Origin: Dehalococcoidia bacterium
Lineage (GTDB): Bacteria; Chloroflexota; Dehalococcoidia; UBA2979
Direction: 5' to 3'
DNA length: 59,282 nt
Assembly: GCA_003599735.1 (NCBI GenBank)
Contig: QZJI01000040.1
Location: 1-59,282 of the forward strand
Made by a program: the position numbers and the translations under genes. The first letter of the stretch is position 1. Each line of letters starts with the position of its first letter. The notes below the pieces were generated by a model that ran no database searches, had not been told where the DNA came from, and saw only the letters and a program-made list of their open reading frames with translations. Below, piece by piece: positions 29,121-40,119 of the stretch.

Positions 29121-29192
29121 ATTCTGCGTCCGATCTTTGCGCTCAGGCGATACTGCTTCGCAGAGGTCTTAGAAGCGCGGTGGACAGGAGTA

Positions 29193-29846
29193 ATGATGGA
29201 CAACATCCTGGTGGCCACCGACCTGTCCGAGCGATCGCGGCTTGCTGTCCGTCGTGCGGCATTGATTGCGGCCGCCGCGCGGGCGCGGCTGCATGTCCTG
29301 CACGTCGTGGACGAAGCGCAGCCACCGGAGATCGTGGAAGCCCACCTCAGCGGTGCGAGCGCCTGGCTGCGCGAGCACCTCCCGAGCGATTGCGAAGCGG
29401 CCACTGCTGACGTCATCGTGCGCGAGGGCGACCCTCATTCGCAGATCATCGCGGTCGGCGACGAACTTTCCGTCGACTTGATCGTTCTGGGTGAGCACCG
29501 TGAGCGGCTTCTGCTCGATGCGTTCGTTGGTACTACGGCGGAACGCATCCTCCGCGTTGCATCGCGGCCGGTACTTATCGTGCACAGCGAATCGCTCGAA
29601 CCCTATGGGCGCGTTCACATCGCGACAGACCTATCCGAGCCGTCCGCGCACGCCGCTCGTACCGCGCACCGGCTCGGGCTGCTTGGAGAAAAGACTTCCG
29701 TCATCCATGTGTTCCAAGCGATCGGCAAGGGAAAGCTGCAGCCAGTGGCGCCACCGGCGATGTGGGAGTCGTCAGCAGTTCCGATCGTTCCGGAGTTCCC
29801 GAACGCCAGCGACCCACCAACATCACTCTGCGCTGAGGTGCCCTGA
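29193..29846 (+). CDS. Universal stress protein, tandem type with second domain apparently truncated
   Basis: ILVATDLS...GDPHSQI...LIVLG...[10 protein letters not shown]; second domain starts ([10 protein letters not shown]) then degenerates and overlaps the convergent gene. Confidence 0.75.
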   Translation: MMDNILVATDLSERSRLAVRRAALIAAAARARLHVLHVVDEAQPPEIVEAHLSGASAWLREHLPSDCEAATADVIVREGDPHSQIIAVGDELSVDLIVLGEHRERLLLDAFVGTTAERILRVASRPVLIVHSESLEPYGRVHIATDLSEPSAHAARTAHRLGLLGEKTSVIHVFQAIGKGKLQPVAPPAMWESSAVPIVPEFPNASDPPTSLCAEVP

Positions 29847-31520
29847 CTCGCGCGACCGAAGACGCGCGATGAGAGCCTCTGCCTTTTCGATGGATGTGCC
29901 GTAGCGCAGCAGGCTATGCCGACTCATCTCCAGTGCAAGTTCCAACTCCCCCACCACGGCCTCAGTCGCGCCGCGCCGTTCCAGCTCGTCGCGCTCACCG
30001 AGCGAATGCGTTCGGACCACGATGTCGACCTTGGGGTTTACCGCCCGCGCGAGATCCACGATTCGTCGGATTGCGATCGGATCGGGAATCGCGACGACCA
30101 ACAGCGTGGCTCGAGCCAGTCCAGCACGGTCGAGGACCGCGCGGTTGGAGGCACTGCCGATGATCACCCGCTCTCGTTGCTCCCGGAGCTCATCCACCAG
30201 GTTCCGGTTTTGCTCGACGATGACGATTTCGGTGATGACCTCGCGGAGTGCGGAGGCGATCACCCGACCAACGCGGCCGTACCCAAGAAGAATTGCGTGT
30301 CCTCCAAACGGCGCGTCCGCAAAGCCCAGCGGCGGCTCGGTCCGTTCGAGCGACAGCCGCCGATCCAGCCAGCCTGATACCGGCAGTCCGAGGCGATAAC
30401 AGAACGGTGCGGCGAGAATGCTCACCACTGCGCCGAGCAGCAGCACGCTGAACACCTGCTGCGATAGCAGTCCAGCGTCCGAACCAACACGTGCTAGGAG
30501 GAACGAGAATTCGGCGGACTGCGCCAGCACGATCCCGGTCAGCACGGCGGTCCGGACGCGGAATCCGAAGGCGGCCGTCAGCAGGGCCGTGATCGTGCCC
30601 TTCGCCAACACGATGATCGCCACGATCACAGCCACGACATGGAACTGCTCGATGAGCAGAATGGGATTCACCAGCATCCCGACCGCGACGAAGAACAGCG
30701 CCGAGAAGACGTCGCGGATCGGCGAGATCTCGCCGAGCACGTGGTGCGCGAGATCCGATCGTGCGACAAACATTCCGCCAAGGAATGCGGCGAGGGCGGG
30801 CGACACGCCGAAGCCTCCACCCAGCACGGCAACCACGAGCGCGATGCCCGCCGCGGAGAGAACGAAAACCTCCGGGTTCCCGAACCCCGCCAGGTGTTCG
30901 AGGAGTCGCGGGATGACAAAGATGCCGATTGGCACCAGCAGCGCCAGGAACAGCAGAGCGAGGCCGACGGCGCGCAGGACATCCATCCCGACGCTGCCGG
31001 ATGACGCGTCTCCGAGGCTCACGAGCGTGACAAGCAGGAGGATCGACGAGAGGTCTTGAACCGACGACCAGGCGAGCCCGACGCGCCCATGCACCGAATC
31101 GATCTCACCGAATTCACTCAGCACCTTCGTCAGGACGGTGCTCGACGAGTTCGAGACGACGAACCCAACCGCCAGGCTTTCGAGCGGCGTCCACCCGAGG
31201 AGTTGCGCTGCGCCGTAGCCGACAAGCCCGGTCAGTATGACCTGTGCGCCAGCGCCCAACACTGCGACACGGCCCACCCGCCTCAGGTCGCTGAACGTGA
31301 ACTGCAGGCCGATAGCGAACATCAGAAGGATTACGCCAAAGTCGGCCAGTTCATTCACCGCACTGACGTTCGCGACGAATCCCGGCGTGTAAGGGCCGAT
31401 TGCGACGCCGGCCAGCACGTACCCCACCGTGAGTGGCAGGCCAAGACGCGCGGCAACGACGGCGCTGAACCCTGCGGCGCCCAGTGAGAGCACCAGCGTC
31501 TCCAGCAGCGTGGCCTCCAT
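29823..31520 (-). CDS. CPA2 cation:proton antiporter with TrkA-N domain (YbaL/Kef-like)
   Basis: [50 protein letters not shown]; start ATG 31520. Confidence 0.9.
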   Translation of the reverse strand: MEATLLETLVLSLGAAGFSAVVAARLGLPLTVGYVLAGVAIGPYTPGFVANVSAVNELADFGVILLMFAIGLQFTFSDLRRVGRVAVLGAGAQVILTGLVGYGAAQLLGWTPLESLAVGFVVSNSSSTVLTKVLSEFGEIDSVHGRVGLAWSSVQDLSSILLLVTLVSLGDASSGSVGMDVLRAVGLALLFLALLVPIGIFVIPRLLEHLAGFGNPEVFVLSAAGIALVVAVLGGGFGVSPALAAFLGGMFVARSDLAHHVLGEISPIRDVFSALFFVAVGMLVNPILLIEQFHVVAVIVAIIVLAKGTITALLTAAFGFRVRTAVLTGIVLAQSAEFSFLLARVGSDAGLLSQQVFSVLLLGAVVSILAAPFCYRLGLPVSGWLDRRLSLERTEPPLGFADAPFGGHAILLGYGRVGRVIASALREVITEIVIVEQNRNLVDELREQRERVIIGSASNRAVLDRAGLARATLLVVAIPDPIAIRRIVDLARAVNPKVDIVVRTHSLGERDELERRGATEAVVGELELALEMSRHSLLRYGTSIEKAEALIARLRSRESGHLSAE

Positions 31521-31685
31521 CGGAGTCCCTTCGTGCACCCGCAGCCGCCGACGCGCTGTGTTGGCTGGTGTCCGCTCCCGGAGGGAAGAATAAGGGGTGA
31601 CGATACACGAGGCACACCCTCGGCCAGCGCATGCCATGATCACGGGCGGATCATCTCCCGCAGCGATCGAGCACGGATTCGTCAT

Positions 31686-31805
31686 CGGTCGGCACACGAG
31701 CGTTGGCTTGCCTGCGCGAAGTCCCACGCACGTGGTCCCCGCCCCGCCGTGGTGGACTACGGTATCCACTCGAGGGACGAGCCAGTCATGTGGAACCTCA
31801 TCGAC
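31686..31805 (-). pseudogene. Fragment of a family-1 glycosyltransferase
   Basis: [37 protein letters not shown] is the UGT sugar-binding signature; no flanking domains. Confidence 0.7.
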
Positions 31806-31817
31806 GCCACACGAGGA

Positions 31818-32636
31818 CTACCGGCGGAGGAAGGCCAACGGCTGCCAGACGCCGACGCCGATCTCGCGGCCGCGGAAGGCGAGCAGCGCGAGGACGCTGA
31901 GGACCAAGGTCGCGCCGAGGAGGCCGACCTGGTGCGTCCAGTCCACGCCGTCTCGCAGCACTCGGCCAGTGTCCGCGTAGTAATAGGGACTGCCGTACCG
32001 CATCCACTCGATCGATGGGGCGACCTGCGAGAGCGACGAGACGAGGTAAGACGTGATCGCGAGGGCGGTGAGGAGCCCCGCCGCTGTGCCTCGGGCCGGG
32101 GCGATCGCGCCGACGAAGAACCCCATCGCGCCGAAGCACAGCGCGAGCGGCGCCATCGAGGCGGTCCCGGCGATGAGGGTCGTCGTCGTGATGTTGTCGT
32201 GGAGGTCCACGAGCGGCACCGTGACCACCCACGCCACAGCGATCGCGACGAGGATGACGAACGTGCATCCGGTGAACGCCAGCATCGCTTCCAGCATCAG
32301 GCGCGTACGGGAGATCGGGGGTGACAGCAAGCCATCGAGCGACCCGCGGCTCTCCTCGCCCGCGATCAGGCCCGTGGACGCGACGATGCCCCAGATCATC
32401 AGGACGATCGGGGCGAACGATTGCCAGCGCGCCGTGAGGTATCCCGTCGGGGTGCCGATGTCCTCGGTGCCGAGGAACCGCAGCAACTCCGGGGGCAGGT
32501 CGATGGAGCGAAGGGTGGCCTCGACGCTCGGATACAGCAACACCGTCACCGCGGCGTAGACCGCGAGGCCGAGGCCGTACCAGATGACGGACGACGTCAG
32601 GCTACGCACGAACCGACGGGTGACGGGGAGCGTCAT
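31818..32636 (-). CDS. ABC-2 type exporter permease
   Basis: About six TM helices; AGEESRGSLDGLLSPPISR; SPYYYA. Confidence 0.88.
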   Translation of the reverse strand: MTLPVTRRFVRSLTSSVIWYGLGLAVYAAVTVLLYPSVEATLRSIDLPPELLRFLGTEDIGTPTGYLTARWQSFAPIVLMIWGIVASTGLIAGEESRGSLDGLLSPPISRTRLMLEAMLAFTGCTFVILVAIAVAWVVTVPLVDLHDNITTTTLIAGTASMAPLALCFGAMGFFVGAIAPARGTAAGLLTALAITSYLVSSLSQVAPSIEWMRYGSPYYYADTGRVLRDGVDWTHQVGLLGATLVLSVLALLAFRGREIGVGVWQPLAFLRR

Positions 32637-33536
32637 TCGTCTGCCGCCGGGACATCGCGGTAGTGGCGCATGAACAGCTCCTCAAGCGTACGCTCGCGCA
32701 CCTCGAGGTGCCGGACGTGCTGGGCCGCCAGCCATCGCACGAGACCCATCGAGCGCATCGCTCTGCGTGGTGAGGATGAGCCGCCCGGCGTGCTCGCCTG
32801 TGAGTTCGACGCCGGGTGGCAGAGCACCCGCGGGGAGGCCGCCGTCGAGCTCGACCTCGACGTGTACCGGCGCCACGCGGCGCTGCTCCTCGAGGTCTAC
32901 GGTCTCGACGACCTCGCCCGCCCGGACGATGGCGGAGCGTGCGCAGATCGACTCGACCTCGGAGAGGATGTGCGAGGAGAAGAACACAGTCGTGCCCTCA
33001 GCGGCGGCTTCGCGAAGCATCCCCTCGACCTCGTGTTGGTTGAGCGGATCGAGGCCGGTCGTGGGCTCATCGAGGACGAGCAGCGGCGCGCGCGTGAGCA
33101 GCGCCTGGATAATGCCGACCTTCTGGCGGTTGCCCCGCGACAGTTGCGCGATCTTGCGCGAGGGGTCGAGGGCGAGGCGCTCGGCGAGGTCGCCGGCGTG
33201 GCGCGCGTCGAACGGCTGGCGGCGAGCCGCCGCGGTGAACGTGAACACATCCATCCCAGTCGCGCCGGCACCGTACACCGGGTCGCTCGGCAGGTACCCG
33301 ACACGTTCGCGCACCTCGACGGACTGGCGCTGACAGTCGAGGCCAAAGACGGACACGGCACCGCTGGTCGGGCGGATGAGGTCGAGGATGATGCGGATGG
33401 TCGTGCTCTTGCCAGCGCCGTTGGGGCCGAGGAAGCCAAACACCTCGCCCTCCGCGACGCGGAGGTCGACGCCATGGAGCGCCTGGACGCTCCCGTAGCG
33501 CTTGATCAGCCGTTCGATCCGGAGCGCGTCCGTCAT
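32633..33536 (-). CDS. ABC exporter ATP-binding protein with a +1 frameshift near the 3' end
   Basis: GPNGAGKST, LSRGNRQK, LDEPT, SSH; the normal tail LVRWLAAQHVRHLEVRERTLEELFMRHY is in another frame after an extra G at about 32746. Confidence 0.85.
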
Positions 33537-33762
33537 GCGACCACTCTACGCCCGGCGGTGACGGCTCGTGAGGTGCCACCAGACGCGGACGGCCGCGAGG
33601 CGCTCATCCAGCGATGCCGGATCGCCTAGACTTGGTGAGCGCGGCGGTAATCGCTGTCGTGTCGACTCAGAGGATCGCGAGAACCTGGAACGGCACCGCA
33701 GTCGTTTCGTCGTTCCGGAACAGTGATGCCTATGTTCGTGACCTGGTGATGACGGCGTGGAC

Positions 33763-34515
33763 TTAAAGGAAACGCCCCGCGCCTTGTGCCAGCAGCCAGG
33801 TCAGCGCGGCCGCCGGGCCGTCGACGATATCGCTCGCGGGCAACTGAGGCCGATCGATCATCACGACGGGCAGCCGGAGCGACCGCGCCGCGGCGATCTT
33901 CGGATACGTCTCCTCGCCCCCACTGTTGCGCGTCACCAGCACCTCGATGCGATGCGCCCGCATGAGCGCGCGCTCGCCGTCGTCGCTAAACGGCCCTCGG
34001 TCGAGTAGCAATTCCCCTGGCGGCCGTCGCGTTTCGACTCCAGGCGCTTCGATCATGCGGGACAGGAACCACAGGTGTTCGAGGGGCGCGAACGCGGCCA
34101 ATTCCTGCCGCCCGATCGTGAGGAACACCCGCTGCGCGAGCCTGGGCAGCGCCATCGCGGCGGCGGCGGCGCTCTCCACGCGTATCCAGCAGTCGCCCGG
34201 CGTCTCCTCCCACCGGGGACGTTCGAGGAGCAGTCGCGGCACTCCGGTCGCCGCCGCGGCCACCGCCGCACTCACCGAGATCCGGTCGGCAAACGGGTGT
34301 GTCGCGTCGACCAGCAGTTCGACGCCCTCGGCGCGCAGGTACGCGGCGAGCCCGTCTGCTCTGCCGAAGCCGCCGACGCGCACCTCGCCCTCGGGGAGGT
34401 CGGGGTTGGTCGTCCGGCCGGCGAGCGACGAGATCACGTCGAACCCGGCAGTCGCGGCGAGCGACGCCAGCCGCCGCGCGTCGCCCGTACCACCGAGGAT
34501 GAGCACTCGAGTCAC
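33763..34515 (-). CDS. cobK: Precorrin-6A / cobalt-precorrin-6A reductase (CobK/CbiJ)
   Basis: VLILGGTGDA, SSLAGRT, RVGGFG, VDATHPFA, RGPF, NSGG, KIAAAR; real start GTG 34515. Confidence 0.92.
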   Translation of the reverse strand: MTRVLILGGTGDARRLASLAATAGFDVISSLAGRTTNPDLPEGEVRVGGFGRADGLAAYLRAEGVELLVDATHPFADRISVSAAVAAAATGVPRLLLERPRWEETPGDCWIRVESAAAAAMALPRLAQRVFLTIGRQELAAFAPLEHLWFLSRMIEAPGVETRRPPGELLLDRGPFSDDGERALMRAHRIEVLVTRNSGGEETYPKIAAARSLRLPVVMIDRPQLPASDIVDGPAAALTWLLAQGAGRFL

Positions 34516-34626
34516 GGCCAGAACGATAGCATCCGCTTGCCGCCCAGTGTCTTTAGCGGCATACAGTGGCTCGAAACGCGGAGAAAGGTGCTGTTCGGCG
34601 TGGACAGCCCGGGCGGAGGACGCGCG

Positions 34627-35391
34627 GTGAGGAAAGTTATGGTTATCGGCATCGGCGCGGGCGATCCGGAGTACCTCACCATGCAGGCCATCCATGCCCT
34701 GAACCGGGTCGACGTCTTCTTCGTCATGGATAAGCGTGACGAAACGCGCGATCTGGTCCGCATCCGGCAGGACATCTGCGACCGCTACATCACCGACCGG
34801 ACGTATCGCATCGTCGAAATCAACGATCCCGATCGCGATCGTACATCCGTGCCCTACCGCGCCGCCGTCGAGGCCTGGCGCCAGCATCGGGCCGAGGTCT
34901 GGGAGGCAGCGATCCGCGACGAATTGGAGGATGACGGCTGCGGGGCGTTCCTCGTCTGGGGTGACCCCTCGCTCTACGACAGCACGCTGGGAGTGATCGA
35001 TCACATCCTCGCGCGGGGCGTCCTCACCTTCGAGTACGAGGTGATCCCGGGGATCTCCAGCGTGCAGGCGCTCGCCGCAAAGCACCGGATCGCACTCAAC
35101 CGCATCGGCGGCCCGATCCAGATCACGACCGGCCGCCGGCTGCAGGAGGGCTTTCCGAGCGAGAGCGACGACGTGGTCGTGCTCCTCGACGGCGACTGCT
35201 CGTTCAGGCACGTCGCACACGAGGACCTCGACATCTACTGGGGCGCCTACGTCGGTACCGCAGACGAGATCCTGGTCTCCGGCGACCTGCAGACCGTCAT
35301 GGACGACATCGAGCGGGTACGTAGTGAGGCCCGCGCGCGCAAGGGCTGGATCATGGACGCCTACGTGCTCAAACGGAAAGCCTCTGAATAA
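34627..35391 (+). CDS. cobF: Precorrin-6A synthase (deacetylating)
   Basis: IGIGAGDPEYLTMQAIHAL, AFLVWGDPSLYDST, IPGISSVQAL, ITTGRRL, GWIMDAY; GGAGGA RBS. Confidence 0.9.
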   Translation: MRKVMVIGIGAGDPEYLTMQAIHALNRVDVFFVMDKRDETRDLVRIRQDICDRYITDRTYRIVEINDPDRDRTSVPYRAAVEAWRQHRAEVWEAAIRDELEDDGCGAFLVWGDPSLYDSTLGVIDHILARGVLTFEYEVIPGISSVQALAAKHRIALNRIGGPIQITTGRRLQEGFPSESDDVVVLLDGDCSFRHVAHEDLDIYWGAYVGTADEILVSGDLQTVMDDIERVRSEARARKGWIMDAYVLKRKASE

Positions 35392-35404
35392 GCGAGCTGG
35401 CGCG

Positions 35405-36775
35405 TCAGCCGCCGGCGGCGGCAGCCTCGCACTGCGCGATGAACCGTGGCGCGATGTGGGCGTCCGTCGCGAAGTGCAGATGCACATATGACGCCCACAC
35501 ATTGCCTCGCGCGTAGCCTTCGTGACGCATGCGGTCAGTCGCGTAGGCACTCTGCTTCGGTTCCGGTGACTCTTCGAGCGTCGACCAGTGGAACTCGTGA
35601 CCGCGCACCGTCTGGCCGCGTGTGAGATGCGGGCCATCCGCCTGCGCCGTTGCCATCCGGTAACCGAGCGTGAGCCTGCGCTCTGCCATCGATGAGCGGA
35701 GCGGCACGATGCCGGCCATCGCATGCACGGCTCCTTCGTTGTCCGTGAGTTGCTGCCCCAGGTACATGAGGCCGCCGCACTCCCCATAGATGGGGAGCCC
35801 GCGCGCCGCCGCCACCCGTAGCGAGGCCAACATCGGCATGTTGGCGGACAACCCCTGCGCGTACAGTTCCGGGAACCCGCCACCGAGGTAGACGCCGGCA
35901 GTCCCAGCCGGGAGCGTGCGGTCATGCAGCGGGCTGAACGGCGCGATTACAGCACCCCAGGACGTCAGCAGGTCGAGGTTCTCCGGATACATGAAGCTGA
36001 ACGCTTCGTCATGTGCGACGGCGATCGTCACACGCTCTCCGAGCGCGGCAGCAGGCCATGGCGAGGTGTCGCCGCTGGCGTCCCGCGCACTCGATTCCCC
36101 TGCGAGGCGCAGTAGCTGCGTGAGGTCGACCTGCGAACTCACGCGCTCGATGGCGTCCGCGAAGAACTGGTCCGCCACACGACCCTCAACCGTCGGCACA
36201 AGGCCCAGGTACCGCTCGGGCACGCGCAGCGCATCGGTCCGTTGCAGCGCGCCAAGCACTGGGAGCCCGGTCGCCGCCTCGATTGGTTCCGTACACAGCG
36301 AGGCGTGGTTGGGGCTCGCCACGTTGTTCAGAATGACGCCCGTTACTCGCAGGTCCGGATCGAAGCGCTGAAAACCGAGGACCTGCGCGGCCACGCTGCG
36401 CGCCGTCTTCGCCGCATCCACGACCAGGATGACGGGCAATCCGAGGAGCTTTGCCACTTCGGCGGTGCTACCAGCCTCGCCGCCTCCAGAGCGGCCATCG
36501 AACAGGCCCATCACGCCTTCGATCACGGCAATGTCCGCGTCGCGTGTCGCGCGCTCAAAGATCTGTCGCAACGCGTCGTGGGGAACCATCCACGAGTCGA
36601 GCGTGTGGCACGGTCGCCCCGCCGCCCGCGCATGGTAGGAGGGGTCGATGTAGTCCGGTCCGACCTTGAACGGCGCCACCGCCAGCCCGCGCGCACGCAG
36701 CGCACCGATCAGGCCGCAAGTGATGGTCGTCTTCCCAACACCACTCGCGGTCCCCGCGATCACGACACCCTTCAT
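35405..36775 (-). CDS. cobB: Cobyrinate a,c-diamide synthase (CobB/CbiA)
   Basis: SGVGKTT, FKVGPDYIDP, IEGVMGLFDG, GGGFPE, ECGGLMYL, GHEFH, SYVHLH. Confidence 0.93.
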   Translation of the reverse strand: MKGVVIAGTASGVGKTTITCGLIGALRARGLAVAPFKVGPDYIDPSYHARAAGRPCHTLDSWMVPHDALRQIFERATRDADIAVIEGVMGLFDGRSGGGEAGSTAEVAKLLGLPVILVVDAAKTARSVAAQVLGFQRFDPDLRVTGVILNNVASPNHASLCTEPIEAATGLPVLGALQRTDALRVPERYLGLVPTVEGRVADQFFADAIERVSSQVDLTQLLRLAGESSARDASGDTSPWPAAALGERVTIAVAHDEAFSFMYPENLDLLTSWGAVIAPFSPLHDRTLPAGTAGVYLGGGFPELYAQGLSANMPMLASLRVAAARGLPIYGECGGLMYLGQQLTDNEGAVHAMAGIVPLRSSMAERRLTLGYRMATAQADGPHLTRGQTVRGHEFHWSTLEESPEPKQSAYATDRMRHEGYARGNVWASYVHLHFATDAHIAPRFIAQCEAAAAGG

Positions 36776-37581
36776 GCGCCTGCCTCACGCACTATCGGCT
36801 GGCCGGTGATGTCCGTGGCCTCCGCATCACCGGTGTGCGACATGAGCGCCATCGCGTAGCCTCGCGGAGTGACGAGGCGACCGTTCACGACCCGCGTCGT
36901 GCTGTTGCCAACGATCACGATCGTCCGCATGTCGATCGCTGCGTCGATCAGGTGGCCGAGCGAGACAATCGCGCTGTGCTCGCCCGGCCGCGAGGCGTCG
37001 CGCACCAGCGCGCACGGCGTGTCGTCTGGCAGGTGCGTGCGCAGTACCGCCAATGCCTGCGCGAAACGATGCCCGCGTCGGCCACTCGTCGGGTTGTAGA
37101 TCGCCAGCACGAATCCGGCTGCGACCGCGCCCGCGAGCCGCCGCTCAATCTGCTCCCAGGGTACGAGCGCGTCGCTCAAGCTGATCGTCGCGTAGTCGAG
37201 TGCGAGCGGAGCACCGAGGATCGCGGCAGCAGCCTGCGCCGCCGTCACACCGGGCACCACCTCGACCGCGGGCGCCGGATCCATCGTCGCAGCGAGCTCC
37301 AGCGCGAGTCCGGCCATGCCGTAGACGCCCGCATCGCCGCTCGACACTAGCGCCACGCGCTTCCCCTGTTGCGCCAGTTCGAGGCTTGCGCGCGCACGCT
37401 CCGCCTCCTCGCCGATGGCGGAGTCGATGCAGCGAGCGCCCGGCAGCCATGCGCGGACCATCTCCGTGTACACCCCGTAGCCAATGACCACGTCGGCCGC
37501 CTGGAGTACCGCGCGCGCGCGCGGCGTCAACAGGTCCTCGGCCCCTGGGCCGATGCCGACCACACTCAGCAAACCCGTCAC
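36772..37581 (-). CDS. cobJ: Precorrin-3B C17-methyltransferase (CobJ/CbiH)
   Basis: VVGIGPG, SSGDAGVYGMAG, ISLSD, IYNP, DMRTIVIVGNS, TPRGY. Confidence 0.92.
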   Translation of the reverse strand: MTGLLSVVGIGPGAEDLLTPRARAVLQAADVVIGYGVYTEMVRAWLPGARCIDSAIGEEAERARASLELAQQGKRVALVSSGDAGVYGMAGLALELAATMDPAPAVEVVPGVTAAQAAAAILGAPLALDYATISLSDALVPWEQIERRLAGAVAAGFVLAIYNPTSGRRGHRFAQALAVLRTHLPDDTPCALVRDASRPGEHSAIVSLGHLIDAAIDMRTIVIVGNSTTRVVNGRLVTPRGYAMALMSHTGDAEATDITGQPIVREAGA

Positions 37582-38594
37582 GATGCCGGCTCCGTCATGC
37601 GCGCGATGGCGACCGTTGCGTGGGCGGACTTCCGCTTCTCCACGATGAGGTCACGTGCGCCCGAGGCGAGCAGCGCTGCCGCCTCGCATACGCTCGGCGT
37701 CTGCACATGACGCGCGACTTCTGCCGACGGCGTCGGCACCTCGACTGCCGCGAGCTCCGTCGCCACGAAATACCGCACCGGCACATCGAGACTCGCAGCT
37801 GTCGAGCAGATGCCGGCTTCATCGCGCTTAATCTCTGCGGTGGCGATCATACCGACCGACATCAGCGCGAGGCCTGCCTCGTCCAGCACCGTCCGCAGCA
37901 GCGCCGCGATCTCCTCGTGGGAGGCGCCTCGGCTCGCGCCGATCCCCGCGACGAGGGTCTGCGGGCGCAACGCCACCGCCGCCTCACCCCACGCAGCCGC
38001 CTCTGCCAACACGCGGTCCGTCACGAAGATCGCCGCGGCCTCGCCCTCATCCGGGAGCGGTGGCACCGAGGCGAGGCGCACGTGGCCGGGTAGGCGCCCG
38101 AGCCATGAACGTTCTCCACAATCCTGGTACACCACTACGCGCTGTCCGTTCACGAGCGCCGCCGACACATGCAGCCGCGCGGCGCGCGAGCCCTCCAACA
38201 TCCAGCCATACCGCTCTGTCAGCGCCTCAATGGACGGCAAGCCGAGCACATCCGTCGCGGTGGTGATCACCGGGATCGCGCCGAGGAGCATGGCGACGCG
38301 CTCCGCGAGCGCGTTGCCGCCGTGGTGCCCGCCCACTACGGCGACCGCGAACCGTCCGGCATCGTCGACCACGACCACCGGTGGTTCCGTGAGTTTATCC
38401 ACGAGGGATGGCGCGATCAGCCGCGTCCATATCCCGAGCGCTCCCACCGCGATGATCGGCCGTCCGTCCGCGAACGCGGCGGCCAGCGCCTCCCGCGTCG
38501 CCACCTCGGCTCCGAGCGCGCTCGCAATGCGCGCAGCCAGTGTGTGCCCTGGTTGCGATACCGCGAAGACTAACGGACTGAGTGCTTCAGTCAT
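37578..38594 (-). CDS. cbiG: Cobalt-precorrin-5A hydrolase
   Basis: DKLTEPPVVVVD, GGHHGGN, VITTATD, AGIG, SVCEAAAL; start ATG 38594. Confidence 0.9.
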   Translation of the reverse strand: MTEALSPLVFAVSQPGHTLAARIASALGAEVATREALAAAFADGRPIIAVGALGIWTRLIAPSLVDKLTEPPVVVVDDAGRFAVAVVGGHHGGNALAERVAMLLGAIPVITTATDVLGLPSIEALTERYGWMLEGSRAARLHVSAALVNGQRVVVYQDCGERSWLGRLPGHVRLASVPPLPDEGEAAAIFVTDRVLAEAAAWGEAAVALRPQTLVAGIGASRGASHEEIAALLRTVLDEAGLALMSVGMIATAEIKRDEAGICSTAASLDVPVRYFVATELAAVEVPTPSAEVARHVQTPSVCEAAALLASGARDLIVEKRKSAHATVAIARMTEPAS

Positions 38595-39384
38595 GAGACG
38601 GTTCACCGCGCCGGTAGAGATGCGTGTACGTGCTGTCGTACAACCTCGAACGAGCATCGTCCACACCTTCCACCGCCAGCGCAGGCCCGATGAGGATCAG
38701 TGCGGACTTCGTGATCGTATGCGCGCGCAGCGTCGACTCGACCTCGGCCAGCGTGCATCGCAGCAGCAGTTCGTCGGGCCACGAGATCCGGTATGCCACC
38801 ACGGCGGGCGTATCCACTGCATACCCACCAGCGATCAGATCTTCCACGGCGTGACGGATGATCGCGGCACTCAGGAACAACGCGAGCGTCGTCCCGTGGG
38901 CTGCGAGCGAGCGCAGCGATTCACCTTCCGGCACGGCACTCGCGCGCCCCTGTGCCCGCGTGAAGATCACGGTCTGCGCGACGTTGGGCACGGTGAGTTC
39001 GACGCCGAGCGCCGCGGCGGCCGCAAACGCGCTGCTGATACCCGGCACGACCACGTACGGCACCCCCGCCGCTCGGAGCGCGACGATCTGCTCGTGCATC
39101 GCCCCATAGATCGAGGGGTCACCGCTGTGCAATCGCACGACCACCTCGCCGCGCGTCGCAGCCTCAGCCATCAGGGCAACCATTTGATCAAGCGTCATCG
39201 TCGACGAGCCGAGTACGTGGGCGCTCCGCTTCGCGTACGCCGCGTGTGCCTCATCCACGAGAGAGTCCGCGTACACCAGCAGGTCTGCCGCGCACACGAG
39301 TTCCCGGCCACGTACCGAGATGAGGTCAGCCGCCCCCGGCCCCGCGCCCACGAAATACACAGTCCCACTGCGGATATCGGCCAT
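38587..39384 (-). CDS. cobM: Precorrin-4 C11-methyltransferase (CobM/CbiF)
   Basis: FVGAGPGAADLISVRG, YADSLV, RLHSGDPSIYGA, RSRLYD. Confidence 0.93.
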   Translation of the reverse strand: MADIRSGTVYFVGAGPGAADLISVRGRELVCAADLLVYADSLVDEAHAAYAKRSAHVLGSSTMTLDQMVALMAEAATRGEVVVRLHSGDPSIYGAMHEQIVALRAAGVPYVVVPGISSAFAAAAALGVELTVPNVAQTVIFTRAQGRASAVPEGESLRSLAAHGTTLALFLSAAIIRHAVEDLIAGGYAVDTPAVVAYRISWPDELLLRCTLAEVESTLRAHTITKSALILIGPALAVEGVDDARSRLYDSTYTHLYRRGEPSHD

Positions 39385-40118
39385 TATCGGTGTCCATTCG
39401 TCTGGCCATGCCGCACCAGGATCAGCGAAAAGTAGTCCGCGCGTTGCCCGCGGAGCGCCGAGACATCCGTGATGACTCGCTCGTCAGGCCAGCCACAACG
39501 CTCAATGAAGGTCGCATCGCCGGTCCGGCCGGTGGTGTCCAGCGCCTCGAGCACAATATCCAGTCCACTGCTGACCTTCATCAGCACGAGACTGTCGAAG
39601 TCACGAAGCATCGTTTCCAGACTCGCACGCTCGTAGGGGCCCGGCAGCACGACCATCCGTTCGCGCGCGTCCACAAGTGACACGCCCGTGGCTGCCGCTG
39701 CGGCCGCGAACGAGGTGACACCCGGCACGATTACCATCGCTACCTCTGGGTGAGTCTCGCGCAGCGTCTCCGCGAGATGGGCGAACGTGCTGTACGTCAG
39801 CGGGTCGCCCTCGGTGACAAACACAGCGTCATCGCCATCCGCGAGTGCGAGCGCAATACGGTCGCAACTGGCGCGCCAGGCTGCCTCCCGTTCCGCAAGC
39901 GGGCGCCGCATGGCGAACGTCAGCGGCACCACAGCCTGCTCTGGGCGGAGCAGGCCACTCACGATCGTCCCCGCAACACTGGTATCACTCGTCTCACTTA
40001 CGGGGACGAACACCGTAGGGACGCGCTCAAGCAAGCGGCGCCCCTTCACAGTCATCAGCTCGGGGTCGCCAGGCCCAAGCCCGACCCCATACAACGTCCC
40101 ATGCGGCTTGACGGTCAC
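39384..40118 (-). CDS. cobI: Precorrin-2 C20-methyltransferase (CobI/CbiL)
   Basis: LYGVGLGPGDPELMTVKG, EGDPLTYSTF, VPGVTS, LMKV, YFSLI. Confidence 0.92.
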   Translation of the reverse strand: MTVKPHGTLYGVGLGPGDPELMTVKGRRLLERVPTVFVPVSETSDTSVAGTIVSGLLRPEQAVVPLTFAMRRPLAEREAAWRASCDRIALALADGDDAVFVTEGDPLTYSTFAHLAETLRETHPEVAMVIVPGVTSFAAAAAATGVSLVDARERMVVLPGPYERASLETMLRDFDSLVLMKVSSGLDIVLEALDTTGRTGDATFIERCGWPDERVITDVSALRGQRADYFSLILVRHGQTNGHR

Positions 40119-40119
40119 G

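Noticed and set aside
29823-31769. Apparent glycosyltransferase-antiporter fusion
   Set aside because: Only about 40 codons of the glycosyltransferase are present, joined by a non-protein-like linker; the antiporter has its own ATG at 31520.
33763-35925. 720-aa ORF suggesting a large CobK fusion
   Set aside because: The upstream part is antisense to cobF and out of frame within cobB; CobK begins at GTG 34515.
37810-39435. Long ORFs antisense to cob genes, and similar ones opposite putA, thiC and fbiC
   Set aside because: Stop-poor shadow frames typical of high-GC coding DNA, with low-complexity Ala/Ser/Arg-rich translations.
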